This document shows positions 27,367-35,857 of a stretch of 44,043 nt of DNA, one piece after another. The translations under genes and the position numbers were made by a program. The stretch is from an uncultured Bacteroidales bacterium (GTDB lineage: Bacteria; Bacteroidota; Bacteroidia; Bacteroidales; UBA10428). The stretch spans positions 1 through 44,043 of the forward strand of contig CAYMJH010000005.1 of the NCBI GenBank assembly GCA_964390385.1, written 5' to 3'. The number at the start of each line of letters is the position of its first letter. The stretch's first letter is position 1. The notes below the pieces were generated by a model. That model searched no databases. It saw only the letters and a program-made list of their open reading frames with translations, and had not been told where the DNA came from.

Positions 27367-27394
27367 GTCACTTGTCACTAGTCACTGGTCACTA
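27367..27394 (+). repeat. tandem heptamer array GTCACTT/GTCACTA/GTCACTG/GTCACTA
   Basis: Ends 2 nt before the glmS stop codon (minus strand). Inverted relative to 27244-27271, with 25/28 bases complementary. Confidence 0.92.
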
Positions 27395-27396
27395 AT

Positions 27397-29232
27397 TCAT
27401 TCCACCGTCACCGACTTTGCCAGGTTACGGGGCTGGTCTACATTGCATCCGCGCATGACGGCGATATAATAGGAGATCAGCTGTAACGGGATCACGGCGA
27501 GCAAAGGTGTAAAGACAGGATCGGTGACCGGGATCTCAAGCACGTGGTCGGCCATTTTGGTGATGGTAGTCTCTCCTTCGTTGACAATGGCAATGACAAT
27601 ACCGTTACGTGCTTTGACCTCCTGGATATTACTGACAATTTTTTCGTAGGAAGAATCCTTGGTAGCCAGCACAACCACAGGCATCTTATGGTCGATGAGG
27701 GCGATGGGGCCGTGTTTCATTTCAGCTGCCGGGTAACCTTCGGCATGGATATAGGAGATCTCTTTCAGCTTCAGGGCTCCTTCAAGGGCCACCGGGAAGA
27801 GATAGCCCCGGCCCAGGTAGAGGAAATTATTGGCCAGTTTGTAAAGCGAGGCTATATTGCGGAACTTGTCGTTCTGGGCCAGGATTTTCTCGATTTTTTC
27901 CGGCACTTCGGTAAGTGATTTTATATAGGACCGGTATTGCTCCTGCGACATAACATTTTTCCGGCGGCCAACCAATATGGCCATCATGGCCAGCACGGTC
28001 ACCTGTGCTGTAAAGGCCTTTGTGGAAGCCACCCCGATCTCGGGACCGGCATGGGTATATACCCCGGCATCTGTTTCACGGGGGATGCTGGACCCGACAA
28101 CGTTGCAGATGCCCAATACCAGGGCGCCGGCTTCTTTGGCCAGCTTGACGGCCGCGAGGGTATCGGCGGTTTCACCGCTCTGGCTGATGGCAATTACGAC
28201 CTCTTCATGATTGATGATGGGATTGCGGTACCGGAATTCCGAGGCATATTCCACTTCCACGGGAACACGGGCCAGGTCTTCGAAGAGATATTCCCCCACA
28301 AGGCCGGCATGCCATGAAGTGCCGCAACCGATAATGACAATGCGTTTGGCAGCCACCAGACGGTCCATCACATTATAGAGGCCTCCCAGGTAAAGTTCGT
28401 TGAGATCGGCCCCAACCCTTCCGCGAAAGGTGTCCTGGATTGACCGGGGCTGTTCAAAGATCTCCTTGAGCATGAAGTGCTTGTATCCCCCTTTGTCAAT
28501 TTCCCCGATGCCCAGGTCGAGCTGGTGAATGCGGGGTGTTAGCGGGTCATTTTTCAGGGTCTTGAGCACAAGTCCGTCCTTCGAGATGATGGCAACATCA
28601 TCATCATTCAGGTAGATCACGCTCTTGGTATATTCTATTATGGGCGTGGCATCGGATGCAAGAAAGTATTCATTATTGCCGACGCCGATGACCAGGGGAC
28701 TCCCCTTGCGGGCGGCGATGAGCTTATCGGGCTCGTCGGTGCAGGCGATAACCAGTCCGTAAGCCCCCACCACCTTCGACAGGGCAAGCCTTACCGCTAT
28801 TTCGGCACTGGTTTTCCCCTGTTCGTATATGTGCTCAATGAGATTGACCAGTACCTCGGAATCGGTTTCACTCTGAAATTTGATGCCCATGGATAACAAG
28901 GTTTCCTTAAGCCGGGCGTAGTTCTCAATAATGCCGTTGTGTATGAGGATGAACTTGCCATGAAAGGATTTGTGGGGATGGGCGTTGACATCATTGGGTT
29001 CGCCATGAGTTGCCCAGCGTGTATGGCCCATTCCGATGGACCCTGAAACATTGTTGCCCGTGATGTAGCGTTCAAGGTCTGAAACCTTGCCTTTGCACTT
29101 ATAAACACTGGTAGGATGGTTCACGATGGCGATGCCTGCCGAGTCATAGCCCCGGTATTCAAGCCTTTTGAGACCATTGATCAGCACATTATAGGCATCA
29201 CGATAACCGATATATCCAACAATTCCACACAT
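27397..29232 (-). CDS. glmS: glutamine--fructose-6-phosphate aminotransferase
   Basis: MCGIVGYIG N-terminal nucleophile, two SIS domains, C-terminal ...NLAKSVTVE. Confidence 0.97.
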   Translation of the reverse strand: MCGIVGYIGYRDAYNVLINGLKRLEYRGYDSAGIAIVNHPTSVYKCKGKVSDLERYITGNNVSGSIGMGHTRWATHGEPNDVNAHPHKSFHGKFILIHNGIIENYARLKETLLSMGIKFQSETDSEVLVNLIEHIYEQGKTSAEIAVRLALSKVVGAYGLVIACTDEPDKLIAARKGSPLVIGVGNNEYFLASDATPIIEYTKSVIYLNDDDVAIISKDGLVLKTLKNDPLTPRIHQLDLGIGEIDKGGYKHFMLKEIFEQPRSIQDTFRGRVGADLNELYLGGLYNVMDRLVAAKRIVIIGCGTSWHAGLVGEYLFEDLARVPVEVEYASEFRYRNPIINHEEVVIAISQSGETADTLAAVKLAKEAGALVLGICNVVGSSIPRETDAGVYTHAGPEIGVASTKAFTAQVTVLAMMAILVGRRKNVMSQEQYRSYIKSLTEVPEKIEKILAQNDKFRNIASLYKLANNFLYLGRGYLFPVALEGALKLKEISYIHAEGYPAAEMKHGPIALIDHKMPVVVLATKDSSYEKIVSNIQEVKARNGIVIAIVNEGETTITKMADHVLEIPVTDPVFTPLLAVIPLQLISYYIAVMRGCNVDQPRNLAKSVTVE

Positions 29233-29310
29233 AGACCTGTTTTTAAGGTGATTGGTCAGGACTGATTTTATGGTAAATATTACAGAAAAGGATCCAGCCG
29301 GTATTCAGCA

Positions 29311-29351
29311 TTCCGCAAAACAACAGGCAGGGTGAACCTGCTATTTGCCTG
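29311..29351 (-). terminator. possible terminator after the glycogen synthase-like gene
   Basis: On the minus strand, caggca...tgcctg, with an alternative gcagg/cctgc stem, is followed by ttgttttgcgg. The stem is weak and irregular. Confidence 0.3.
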
Positions 29352-29395
29352 CAGGAAACACAGTCCATCAACAAGGGAGGAAGTAATGTTCCGGA

Positions 29396-30214
29396 TCATT
29401 TGTGATGGGTATTGAGAATACGGTCATAAAAATCGGAATAGGCGTCGATATACTTCTCCGCAGGCTGATAAGGTAAAAGAGGGATACCCGATTTTTTGAT
29501 ATAACTTGTAATTTCAGGCGCAATATGCTGACTACCGATAATAATACCATCTGACATATTGATGGCCAGCTTGCACATATTAACGTAAGTAGGGTTCTCA
29601 ATCACAGCAAGGTCTTTTTCCGGGATATCGTCCTGCAGCATTTTTTTCCGCAATGCTTTATTGAGTGATTTCGGAAACTCGTTATTGTAGATCGACAGCA
29701 CTATTTTGGAACGCTTGAAAATGGGATCGTCCTGATAGACCCTTTTGATATAAACGGGCAGCAGCGAAGAGAACCAGCTGTGGCAATGGATCAGGTCAGG
29801 GGCCCATTGCAATTTTTTTACCGTTTCCGCAACACCGCGTGCAAAAAAAACAGCCCTTTCGTCATTGTCGTCGAAAAAGGCTCCCTTTTCATCCTGCAAT
29901 ATGTATTTTCGCTGAAAATAGTCCTCGTTATCAATGAAGTAGATCTGCATACGGGCTGCCTGTATGGAGGCAACCTTGATGATCAGCGGATGGTCGGTGT
30001 CATCAATGATGATATTCATCCCTGAAAGACGAATAACCTCGTGGAGCTGGTTTCTCCGTTCATTGATGCAACCGAATTTTGGCATGAACGTCCTGATCTC
30101 CCGTCCTTTTTCCTGGATCCCCTGCGGAAGGTTCCTGCCGATCAGTGACATTTCTGATTCAGGTAGATAAGGAGTAATTTCCTGGGATACGAACAGTACT
30201 TTCGAACCTGCCAT
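29396..30214 (-). CDS. short glycogen/starch synthase-like protein (GT5 N-terminal domain type)
   Basis: KVLFVSQEITPY...GREIRTFMPKFG...DLIHCHSWFSSLLP pattern of starch-synthase catalytic domain proteins. Confidence 0.8.
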   Translation of the reverse strand: MAGSKVLFVSQEITPYLPESEMSLIGRNLPQGIQEKGREIRTFMPKFGCINERRNQLHEVIRLSGMNIIIDDTDHPLIIKVASIQAARMQIYFIDNEDYFQRKYILQDEKGAFFDDNDERAVFFARGVAETVKKLQWAPDLIHCHSWFSSLLPVYIKRVYQDDPIFKRSKIVLSIYNNEFPKSLNKALRKKMLQDDIPEKDLAVIENPTYVNMCKLAINMSDGIIIGSQHIAPEITSYIKKSGIPLLPYQPAEKYIDAYSDFYDRILNTHHK

Positions 30215-30305
30215 TTAGCTCTGCTATGTTTCCGTAAGAATGATCCGCAAAGTTACTAAAAAATATTAACATTTCCATAGAAGTGAAGGATAAACCTTTA
30301 ATGGT

Positions 30306-30417
30306 GAGCCAAGAGCCAAGAGCCAAGAGCCAAGATCTAAGATCTAAGATCTAAGATCTAAGATCCAAGATGTAAGACAAAAGAACAAAGAATAAAGAAC
30401 AAAGATTTTCGATATTC
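30306..30417 (+). repeat. 16-unit heptamer tract: GAGCCAA x4, GATCTAA x4, then drifting GAnnnAA units
   Basis: Strict 7-nt phase kept across gagccaa(4) gatctaa(4) gatccaa gatgtaa gacaaaa gaacaaa gaataaa gaacaaa gattttc gatattc. Confidence 0.92.
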
Positions 30418-30418
30418 A

Positions 30419-30470
30419 ATCACCCCTCCTTCTCCCGATGAATCGGGATTCGGAGGGCAAAGCAAATCAC
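30419..30470 (-). repeat. 52-bp palindromic (REP-like) element, copy 1
   Basis: atcacccctccttctcccgatgaatcgggattcggagggcaaagcaaatcac. Nested stems ccctcc/ggaggg and tcccga/tcggga with symmetric ttc/ttc internal loops. Overlaps the tcdA stop codon. Confidence 0.88.
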
Positions 30471-31213
30471 CGGATAACCCCAAGCAGGTCACGGATGACC
30501 ACTGAGGCGCAATAGCAACCAAAAACCGGGGGCATATAGGAGATGGTGCCCACCACCGAGCGTTTGTTTTCCTCTCCGCTCACTTCCCTGACCGTTTCTT
30601 TGGCCACCGGCTCGGGAGAATAAACCACCGTAATGCCGGTGCGGACACCCAGTCGATGCAGGTATTTACGGACTATATAGGCAAAACGGCAATGGTGCGA
30701 TTCAGCTATGTCGGCGACCCTGATCTTCTCGGGATGCAGACGGCCGCCGGAACCCATGGAACTGACAACACGATGGCCTTTTTTTACGGCGCCGGCAAGC
30801 AAATGCACTTTCGGCGTAAGGGTGTCGATGGCATCCACAACATAGTCATAGCTATGGTCGAGGACAGGAGCAAACTGGTCTTCTTTCAGATAGGCGTTAA
30901 CCACTTCAATTTCAATGGCCGGGTTTATGTCGTTCAGACGGCCGGCCATGGCATCCGCCTTTTTCATGCCTTCATTGCTCAACAAGGCAAGGATCTGGCG
31001 GTTACGGTTGGAAAAATGAATGGTGTCGCCGTCGATCAGTGTTAATTTGCCAATACCTGCCCGGCACAGCATTTCGGCTGCATAGCCTCCCACGCCGCCC
31101 AATCCTGCCACCAGTACGTGGGAACGGGAAAGCTTGCCGATACCTTCCTCTCCTATGAGCAATGATGTTCTTTCTGTCCAGTTTTCCATACCTTTTAAGG
31201 TGTGCCGAAGCAA
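30467..31213 (-). CDS. tcdA: tRNA threonylcarbamoyladenosine dehydratase (ThiF/E1-like)
   Basis: VLVAGLGGVGGYAAEMLCRAGIGKLTLIDGDTIHFSNRNRQ. An alternative start MENWTERT at 31189 would remove the overlap with tatD. Confidence 0.85.
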   Translation of the reverse strand: MLRHTLKGMENWTERTSLLIGEEGIGKLSRSHVLVAGLGGVGGYAAEMLCRAGIGKLTLIDGDTIHFSNRNRQILALLSNEGMKKADAMAGRLNDINPAIEIEVVNAYLKEDQFAPVLDHSYDYVVDAIDTLTPKVHLLAGAVKKGHRVVSSMGSGGRLHPEKIRVADIAESHHCRFAYIVRKYLHRLGVRTGITVVYSPEPVAKETVREVSGEENKRSVVGTISYMPPVFGCYCASVVIRDLLGVIR

Positions 31214-31857
31214 TGGGTAAAATTCTGCCGGATCTGCTTCATCAGAGAGCTAAAAGGAATTTGTTTCAGCCGGGCAGCCTGTTTATATATATCCCCGATG
31301 GCAATACCTGAATCATCGGTTTCAAGGAATATGGAATCAACCGGCAGGGATGAAAATATCCGGTATGCCTTACTGTTCTCATTAAACAATATATGCCCGA
31401 AAGAGAGATAGCAGTTCCTGCTGATCAGCTCCCGGGCTATTTCCCCGCTGGCATTGAACCAATGAAATATCCAGGGGATCTTCTGATCGGTACTGTCACG
31501 GTATGTGATCATTTCATTATAGGCCTTTACACAATGGAGGATGACGGGCCTGCGAAGCTTTTCTGCAATAAAAAGCTGTCTTTCGAACACATACGACTGA
31601 GTTTCCCACGATACATCGATCATTTTGTCAAATCCGATTTCTCCTATGGCCAGCACAGCGGGATTGCCCGATTGCTTTTCCACCCATTCGAGTTTCTTTT
31701 CCATGGAAGTTTCATGGATATTCCAGGGATGCAGGCCGACGGAAAAAAAGCACGGATGAGAGAATTTCTCCTCTTCATCCGGAAATACGTTCAGCAAAAG
31801 CCTCGTGTTTTCAAGGTGGTAATAGGTGTGGGTGTGGATGTCGATGTAGGAGTCCAA
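31195..31857 (-). CDS. TatD family metal-dependent hydrolase
   Basis: YIDIHTHT...GLHPW...AIGEIGFD...PVILHC...ETD pattern. Confidence 0.85.
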   Translation of the reverse strand: MDSYIDIHTHTYYHLENTRLLLNVFPDEEEKFSHPCFFSVGLHPWNIHETSMEKKLEWVEKQSGNPAVLAIGEIGFDKMIDVSWETQSYVFERQLFIAEKLRRPVILHCVKAYNEMITYRDSTDQKIPWIFHWFNASGEIARELISRNCYLSFGHILFNENSKAYRIFSSLPVDSIFLETDDSGIAIGDIYKQAARLKQIPFSSLMKQIRQNFTHCFGTP

Positions 31858-31866
31858 AGTATGAAA

Positions 31867-31906
31867 GTTTACAGGTTTACAGATTGACAGGTTTACAGAT
31901 TCAGAT
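31867..31906 (+). repeat. tandem ~16-bp repeat (gtttacag, gtttacagattgacag, gtttacagattcagat)
   Basis: Read directly. Located between the tatD start and the gltX stop. Confidence 0.85.
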
Positions 31907-33469
31907 CACCCCTCCTTCTCCCGGTTTATCGGGATTCGGAGGGCAAAGCAAATCACTCAATAAATGAACGCCCGTGTTGATTCTTCTGCATGTTTCTTCT
32001 TTACCCAGCAGGGCCATGACATCAGCCAGGTGCGGTCCAAAGGAACCTCCCACCAGCAGCAGCCGCAAGGGATTCATGATCTTTCCCATGCCGGTCTGCC
32101 GTTTTTCGGCGTAATCCTTTATGGCATTTTCGATGTTTACTGCAGCGAAAGGATCAATACCGGCCAACAATACCGTCAGGTCTTGCATCAGGACCGAAGA
32201 ATCTTCCTTCCAGGCCTTTTTAACCGTAGCGGGATCATATTCCTTTGGGGGTACAAAGAAGAAAGAAGATTCTTTCCATAGGTCATGCAGAAAGAACGCT
32301 CTTTCCCTGACCTGAACCACAATCTTTTCCACCGTTGCAAAGTCGGTTGTTATGCCCTTGCTTTCCAGCAGCGGAACAAAAGATTCGGCAAGTTCCTTAT
32401 GGCTTTTCTGCCTGAGGTATTGCTGATTGTACCACCTGGCTTTTTCCGGATCAAAGCGTGCGCCGGCCTTCCCCACCCGGTCAAGCGAAAATGCCTCTGC
32501 CAGCTCTTGAAGTGAGAAGACCTCCTGGTCAGTGCCCGGATTCCAGCCCAGCAAGGCCAGCATATTGACTACGGCTTCGGGGAAATAACCCGACTCGCGG
32601 TACCCGGAAGACAGTTCACCGGTTTCGGGATCCTTCCACTCCAGCGGGAATACCGGGAATCCCATTTTGTCCCCGTCACGTTTGCTCAGCTTGCCCTGGC
32701 CGCTTGGTTTCAGTATGAGCGGCAGGTGGGCAAACCGCGGCATTTGCCTTTCCCAGCCAAAAGCTTTGTAGAGCAATACATGCAGGGGAAGCGATGGCAG
32801 CCATTCCTCTCCCCTGATGACGTGGCTTATTTCCATCAGGTAATCGTCGGTGACGTTGGCCAGATGATAGGTAGGCAGTCCGTCGGATTTAAACAGCACC
32901 TTGTCATCGAGGGCAGCGGTATGAAAGCTGACCCTGCCGCGGATCAGATCGTCGACCTGTATTTCTTCGTTTTCAGGGATCTTAAATCTTACCACGTAAG
33001 GAATTCCGCTGCTGATAAGCCGTTTCGTTTCCGCTTCCCCCAGGGCAAGGGAGTTCTTCAGGCTTTTTCTTACCGAAAGGTCGTATTGAAAAGTTCTGCC
33101 CTCTGTTTCAGCCTGTTTTCTCATAGCCTCTATTTCATCGGGTGTATCAAACGCCAGGTAGGCGTTTCCCGACTGGAGCAACCGGTCGGCATATTGCCGG
33201 TAAATATCTTTTCTCTCCGATTGCCGGTAGGGCTGATGAGGACCTCCGACGCCGGGCCCTTCGTCGAATGACATGTGGCACCAGCGAAGAGACTCTGTTA
33301 TATATTCCTCGGTTCCCGGCACATAGCGTGACTGGTCGGTGTCTTCAATCCTGAGGATAAATTTTCCCTTATGTTTAAGGGCAAAAAGGTAATTGAACAG
33401 GGCTGTCCGCAATCCTCCGATATGCAGGGGACCGGTAGGACTGGGGGCAAATCTGACGCGTACTGACAT
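31901..33469 (-). CDS. gltX: glutamate--tRNA ligase
   Basis: MSVRVRFAPSPTGPLHIGGLRTALFNYLFA (HIGH), KLSKRDG (KMSKS). ATG at 33469. The C-terminal tail LLCPPNPDKPGEGGVI is encoded by the REP-like element. Confidence 0.95.
   Translation of the reverse strand: MSVRVRFAPSPTGPLHIGGLRTALFNYLFALKHKGKFILRIEDTDQSRYVPGTEEYITESLRWCHMSFDEGPGVGGPHQPYRQSERKDIYRQYADRLLQSGNAYLAFDTPDEIEAMRKQAETEGRTFQYDLSVRKSLKNSLALGEAETKRLISSGIPYVVRFKIPENEEIQVDDLIRGRVSFHTAALDDKVLFKSDGLPTYHLANVTDDYLMEISHVIRGEEWLPSLPLHVLLYKAFGWERQMPRFAHLPLILKPSGQGKLSKRDGDKMGFPVFPLEWKDPETGELSSGYRESGYFPEAVVNMLALLGWNPGTDQEVFSLQELAEAFSLDRVGKAGARFDPEKARWYNQQYLRQKSHKELAESFVPLLESKGITTDFATVEKIVVQVRERAFFLHDLWKESSFFFVPPKEYDPATVKKAWKEDSSVLMQDLTVLLAGIDPFAAVNIENAIKDYAEKRQTGMGKIMNPLRLLLVGGSFGPHLADVMALLGKEETCRRINTGVHLLSDLLCPPNPDKPGEGGVI
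31905..31956 (-). repeat. 52-bp palindromic (REP-like) element, copy 2
   Basis: atcacccctccttctcccggtttatcgggattcggagggcaaagcaaatcac. Identical to copy 1 except for the apical loop (ggtttatc vs gatgaatc). Lies inside the last ~18 codons of the gltX ORF. Confidence 0.88.
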
Positions 33470-33646
33470 GGATGATATTTTATGGCAAAGATAATGATTG
33501 CCTTCTTCCAAAAGCAAAAAATTTACGGGAGACCCATAAGGACCGGTGCCGGCTCAATTGGTTTACCGGGCAATATAGGCGACCTGCAAAACATCATTGT
33601 TAACCTGCCGTATCTGCATTATTTTTACCTCACTTATAGCCTAGTT

Positions 33647-34609
33647 ATGGAACGAATACTCATCATCGGGGCATCGGGACAGATAGGGTCAGAACTGACC
33701 CTCAAGCTCCGTGAATTGTACGGACAGGAAAACGTGTATGCCACCGATGTCAAGGATGCCCCTGCTGACATTAAGGAGAGCGGTCCTTTCCAGCTGCTGG
33801 ATGTGATGGATGACAAGCACCTGATCCACTTCGTGATCCGGCATAAGATCACCCAGATCTACCACCTGGCCGCGGTTTTATCGGGCAATGCCGAAAAGCT
33901 TCCGGTGCAGGCCTGGCACATCAACATGAACAGCCTGATGAACATCCTCGAAGTGGCCAAGCTGGTTGAGGATGTAAAAAAGGTATTCTGGCCCAGTTCC
34001 ATTGCTGTTTTTGGAGTGACTACCCCGCGGCAGATGACGCCCCAGGTTACCCATATGGAACCCTCCACGGTATATGGCATCAGCAAGCTTGCGGGTGAAC
34101 GCTGGTGTGATTATTACAACAAACGGTACGGATTGGATATACGAAGCCTCCGGTACCCGGGCCTGATCAGTTATAAGACCGAACCCGGCGGAGGAACCAC
34201 CGACTGGGCGGTAGAGATTTATTTCGAAGCGGTGAGGAAAAAACAATACACCTGCTTTGTCAGTGCCGATACCGTAATGCCGATGATGTTCATGGATGAT
34301 GCCATCAAGGCCACCATCAGCCTGATGGAGGCAGAAAAATCACGCCTTCACGTCCATTCGGCCTATAATCTGAGCGGCCTAAACATGTCACCGGCCATTG
34401 CGGCAAAAGATATTGAAAGGTATGTCCCCGATTTCTCCATTGTCTACAAGCCTGATTTCAGGCAGCAGATTGCTGATTCATGGCCTCAGAGCATAGACGA
34501 CGGGGACTTTCGCCGGGATATCGGCTGGCAGCCCGACTTTAAATTAACCAGGATAACGGATATCATGATCGAAGAAATTCGTAAAAAAATCAAGGCATCC
34601 TTAACTTAA
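33647..34609 (+). CDS. tdh: NAD-dependent epimerase/dehydratase-fold L-threonine 3-dehydrogenase
   Basis: MERILIIGASGQIGSEL...YGISK...; SDR-type Tdh context, immediately upstream of kbl. The track ORF start at 33482 is an extension. Confidence 0.8.
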   Translation: MERILIIGASGQIGSELTLKLRELYGQENVYATDVKDAPADIKESGPFQLLDVMDDKHLIHFVIRHKITQIYHLAAVLSGNAEKLPVQAWHINMNSLMNILEVAKLVEDVKKVFWPSSIAVFGVTTPRQMTPQVTHMEPSTVYGISKLAGERWCDYYNKRYGLDIRSLRYPGLISYKTEPGGGTTDWAVEIYFEAVRKKQYTCFVSADTVMPMMFMDDAIKATISLMEAEKSRLHVHSAYNLSGLNMSPAIAAKDIERYVPDFSIVYKPDFRQQIADSWPQSIDDGDFRRDIGWQPDFKLTRITDIMIEEIRKKIKASLT

Positions 34610-34639
34610 TCGGGGTGTCCATAACCAAAAAACAGAACC

Positions 34640-35857
34640 ATGTACGGAAAGATCAGGGATTATTTGCGGCAGGAACTCGGCAATATTGAAGAGGCCGGTC
34701 TGTATAAGAAAGAAAGAATCATCGTTTCGCCACAGGATGCTAAAATAAGGATTGACAGCGGTGAGGAAGTGCTGAATTTCTGCGCCAACAATTACCTCGG
34801 CCTTTCATCCGATCCCGCCCTCATCGGGGCGGCAAGGAAGGCGTTGGATACCCATGGCTACGGCATGTCGTCGGTACGGTTCATCTGCGGTACCACCGAC
34901 CTGCATAAAAAACTTGAACGCAGTATTGCAGCGTTTTTTGGAACGGAGGATACCATCCTCTATGCTGCCTGTTTTGATGCCAACGGAGGCGTTTTTGAAC
35001 CTCTTATGTCGGAAAATGACGCTATCATTTCCGATGCCCTTAACCACGCTTCCATTATCGACGGTGTCAGGCTTTGCAAAGCCCAGCGGTACCGCTATGC
35101 CAATGCCGATATGAACGACCTTGAAGAACAGCTGAAGAAGGCACAGACTCAGCGGTTCAGGATCATCGTAACCGACGGGGTGTTTTCCATGGATGGCAAC
35201 GTTGCCCCGGTCGACCAGATATGCAGGCTGGCAGAGCAATACGATGCCCTGGTGATGGTAGATGAATGCCATTCTGCCGGCGTGGTGGGAAAAACCGGCC
35301 GCGGTGTAACGGAATTATATAACATCAGGGGCCAGGTTGACATCATTACCGGAACACTGGGGAAGGCTTTTGGCGGTGCCATCGGGGGATTCACCACGGG
35401 CCGGAAGGAAATCATTGACCTGTTGCGTCAGCGCTCCAGACCCTACCTGTTCTCCAACTCCATCCCGCCCATGATCGCAGCTGCGGGCATTAAAATGTTT
35501 GAAATGATGAGCGAGACATCGCAATTGCAGGACCGGCTGCATGCCAATACAGATTACTTCAAGGCGAAGATTCAGCAGGCCGGTTTCACCATCAAGCCGA
35601 GTAAATCAGCGATTGTTGCCATCATGCTGTTCGATGCGAAATTGTCGCAGGATTTTGCTGCCGCCCTGCTGAAAGAAGGGATTTATGTCATCGGATTCTA
35701 TTTTCCTGTTGTGCCGAAAGGAGAAGCCCGCATCAGGGTTCAGCTCTCGGCTGCCCATACAAGGGAGCACCTGGATAAGGCTGTGGAGGCGTTTATTAAG
35801 GTAGGGAAAGAATTGAAGGTTATTTCCACTTCCCGATCCAGTCAACATTCCCCTTGA
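34640..35857 (+). CDS. kbl: glycine C-acetyltransferase (2-amino-3-ketobutyrate CoA ligase)
   Basis: NFCANNYLGL...DALNHASIIDG...DECHSAG...TGTLGKAFGG (PLP lysine). Confidence 0.93.
   Translation: MYGKIRDYLRQELGNIEEAGLYKKERIIVSPQDAKIRIDSGEEVLNFCANNYLGLSSDPALIGAARKALDTHGYGMSSVRFICGTTDLHKKLERSIAAFFGTEDTILYAACFDANGGVFEPLMSENDAIISDALNHASIIDGVRLCKAQRYRYANADMNDLEEQLKKAQTQRFRIIVTDGVFSMDGNVAPVDQICRLAEQYDALVMVDECHSAGVVGKTGRGVTELYNIRGQVDIITGTLGKAFGGAIGGFTTGRKEIIDLLRQRSRPYLFSNSIPPMIAAAGIKMFEMMSETSQLQDRLHANTDYFKAKIQQAGFTIKPSKSAIVAIMLFDAKLSQDFAAALLKEGIYVIGFYFPVVPKGEARIRVQLSAAHTREHLDKAVEAFIKVGKELKVISTSRSSQHSP

Noticed and set aside
29233-29395. glmS ribozyme/riboswitch upstream of glmS
   Set aside because: I could not see the conserved glmS ribozyme core, and this element is mainly a Firmicutes feature. 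The spacer more plausibly holds the weak terminator of the upstream gene and the glmS promoter.
30306-30417. Possible CRISPR array (also considered for the other tandem arrays)
   Set aside because: Units are 7-8 bp and directly abutting, with no spacers. There is no cas gene or leader. This is not CRISPR architecture.
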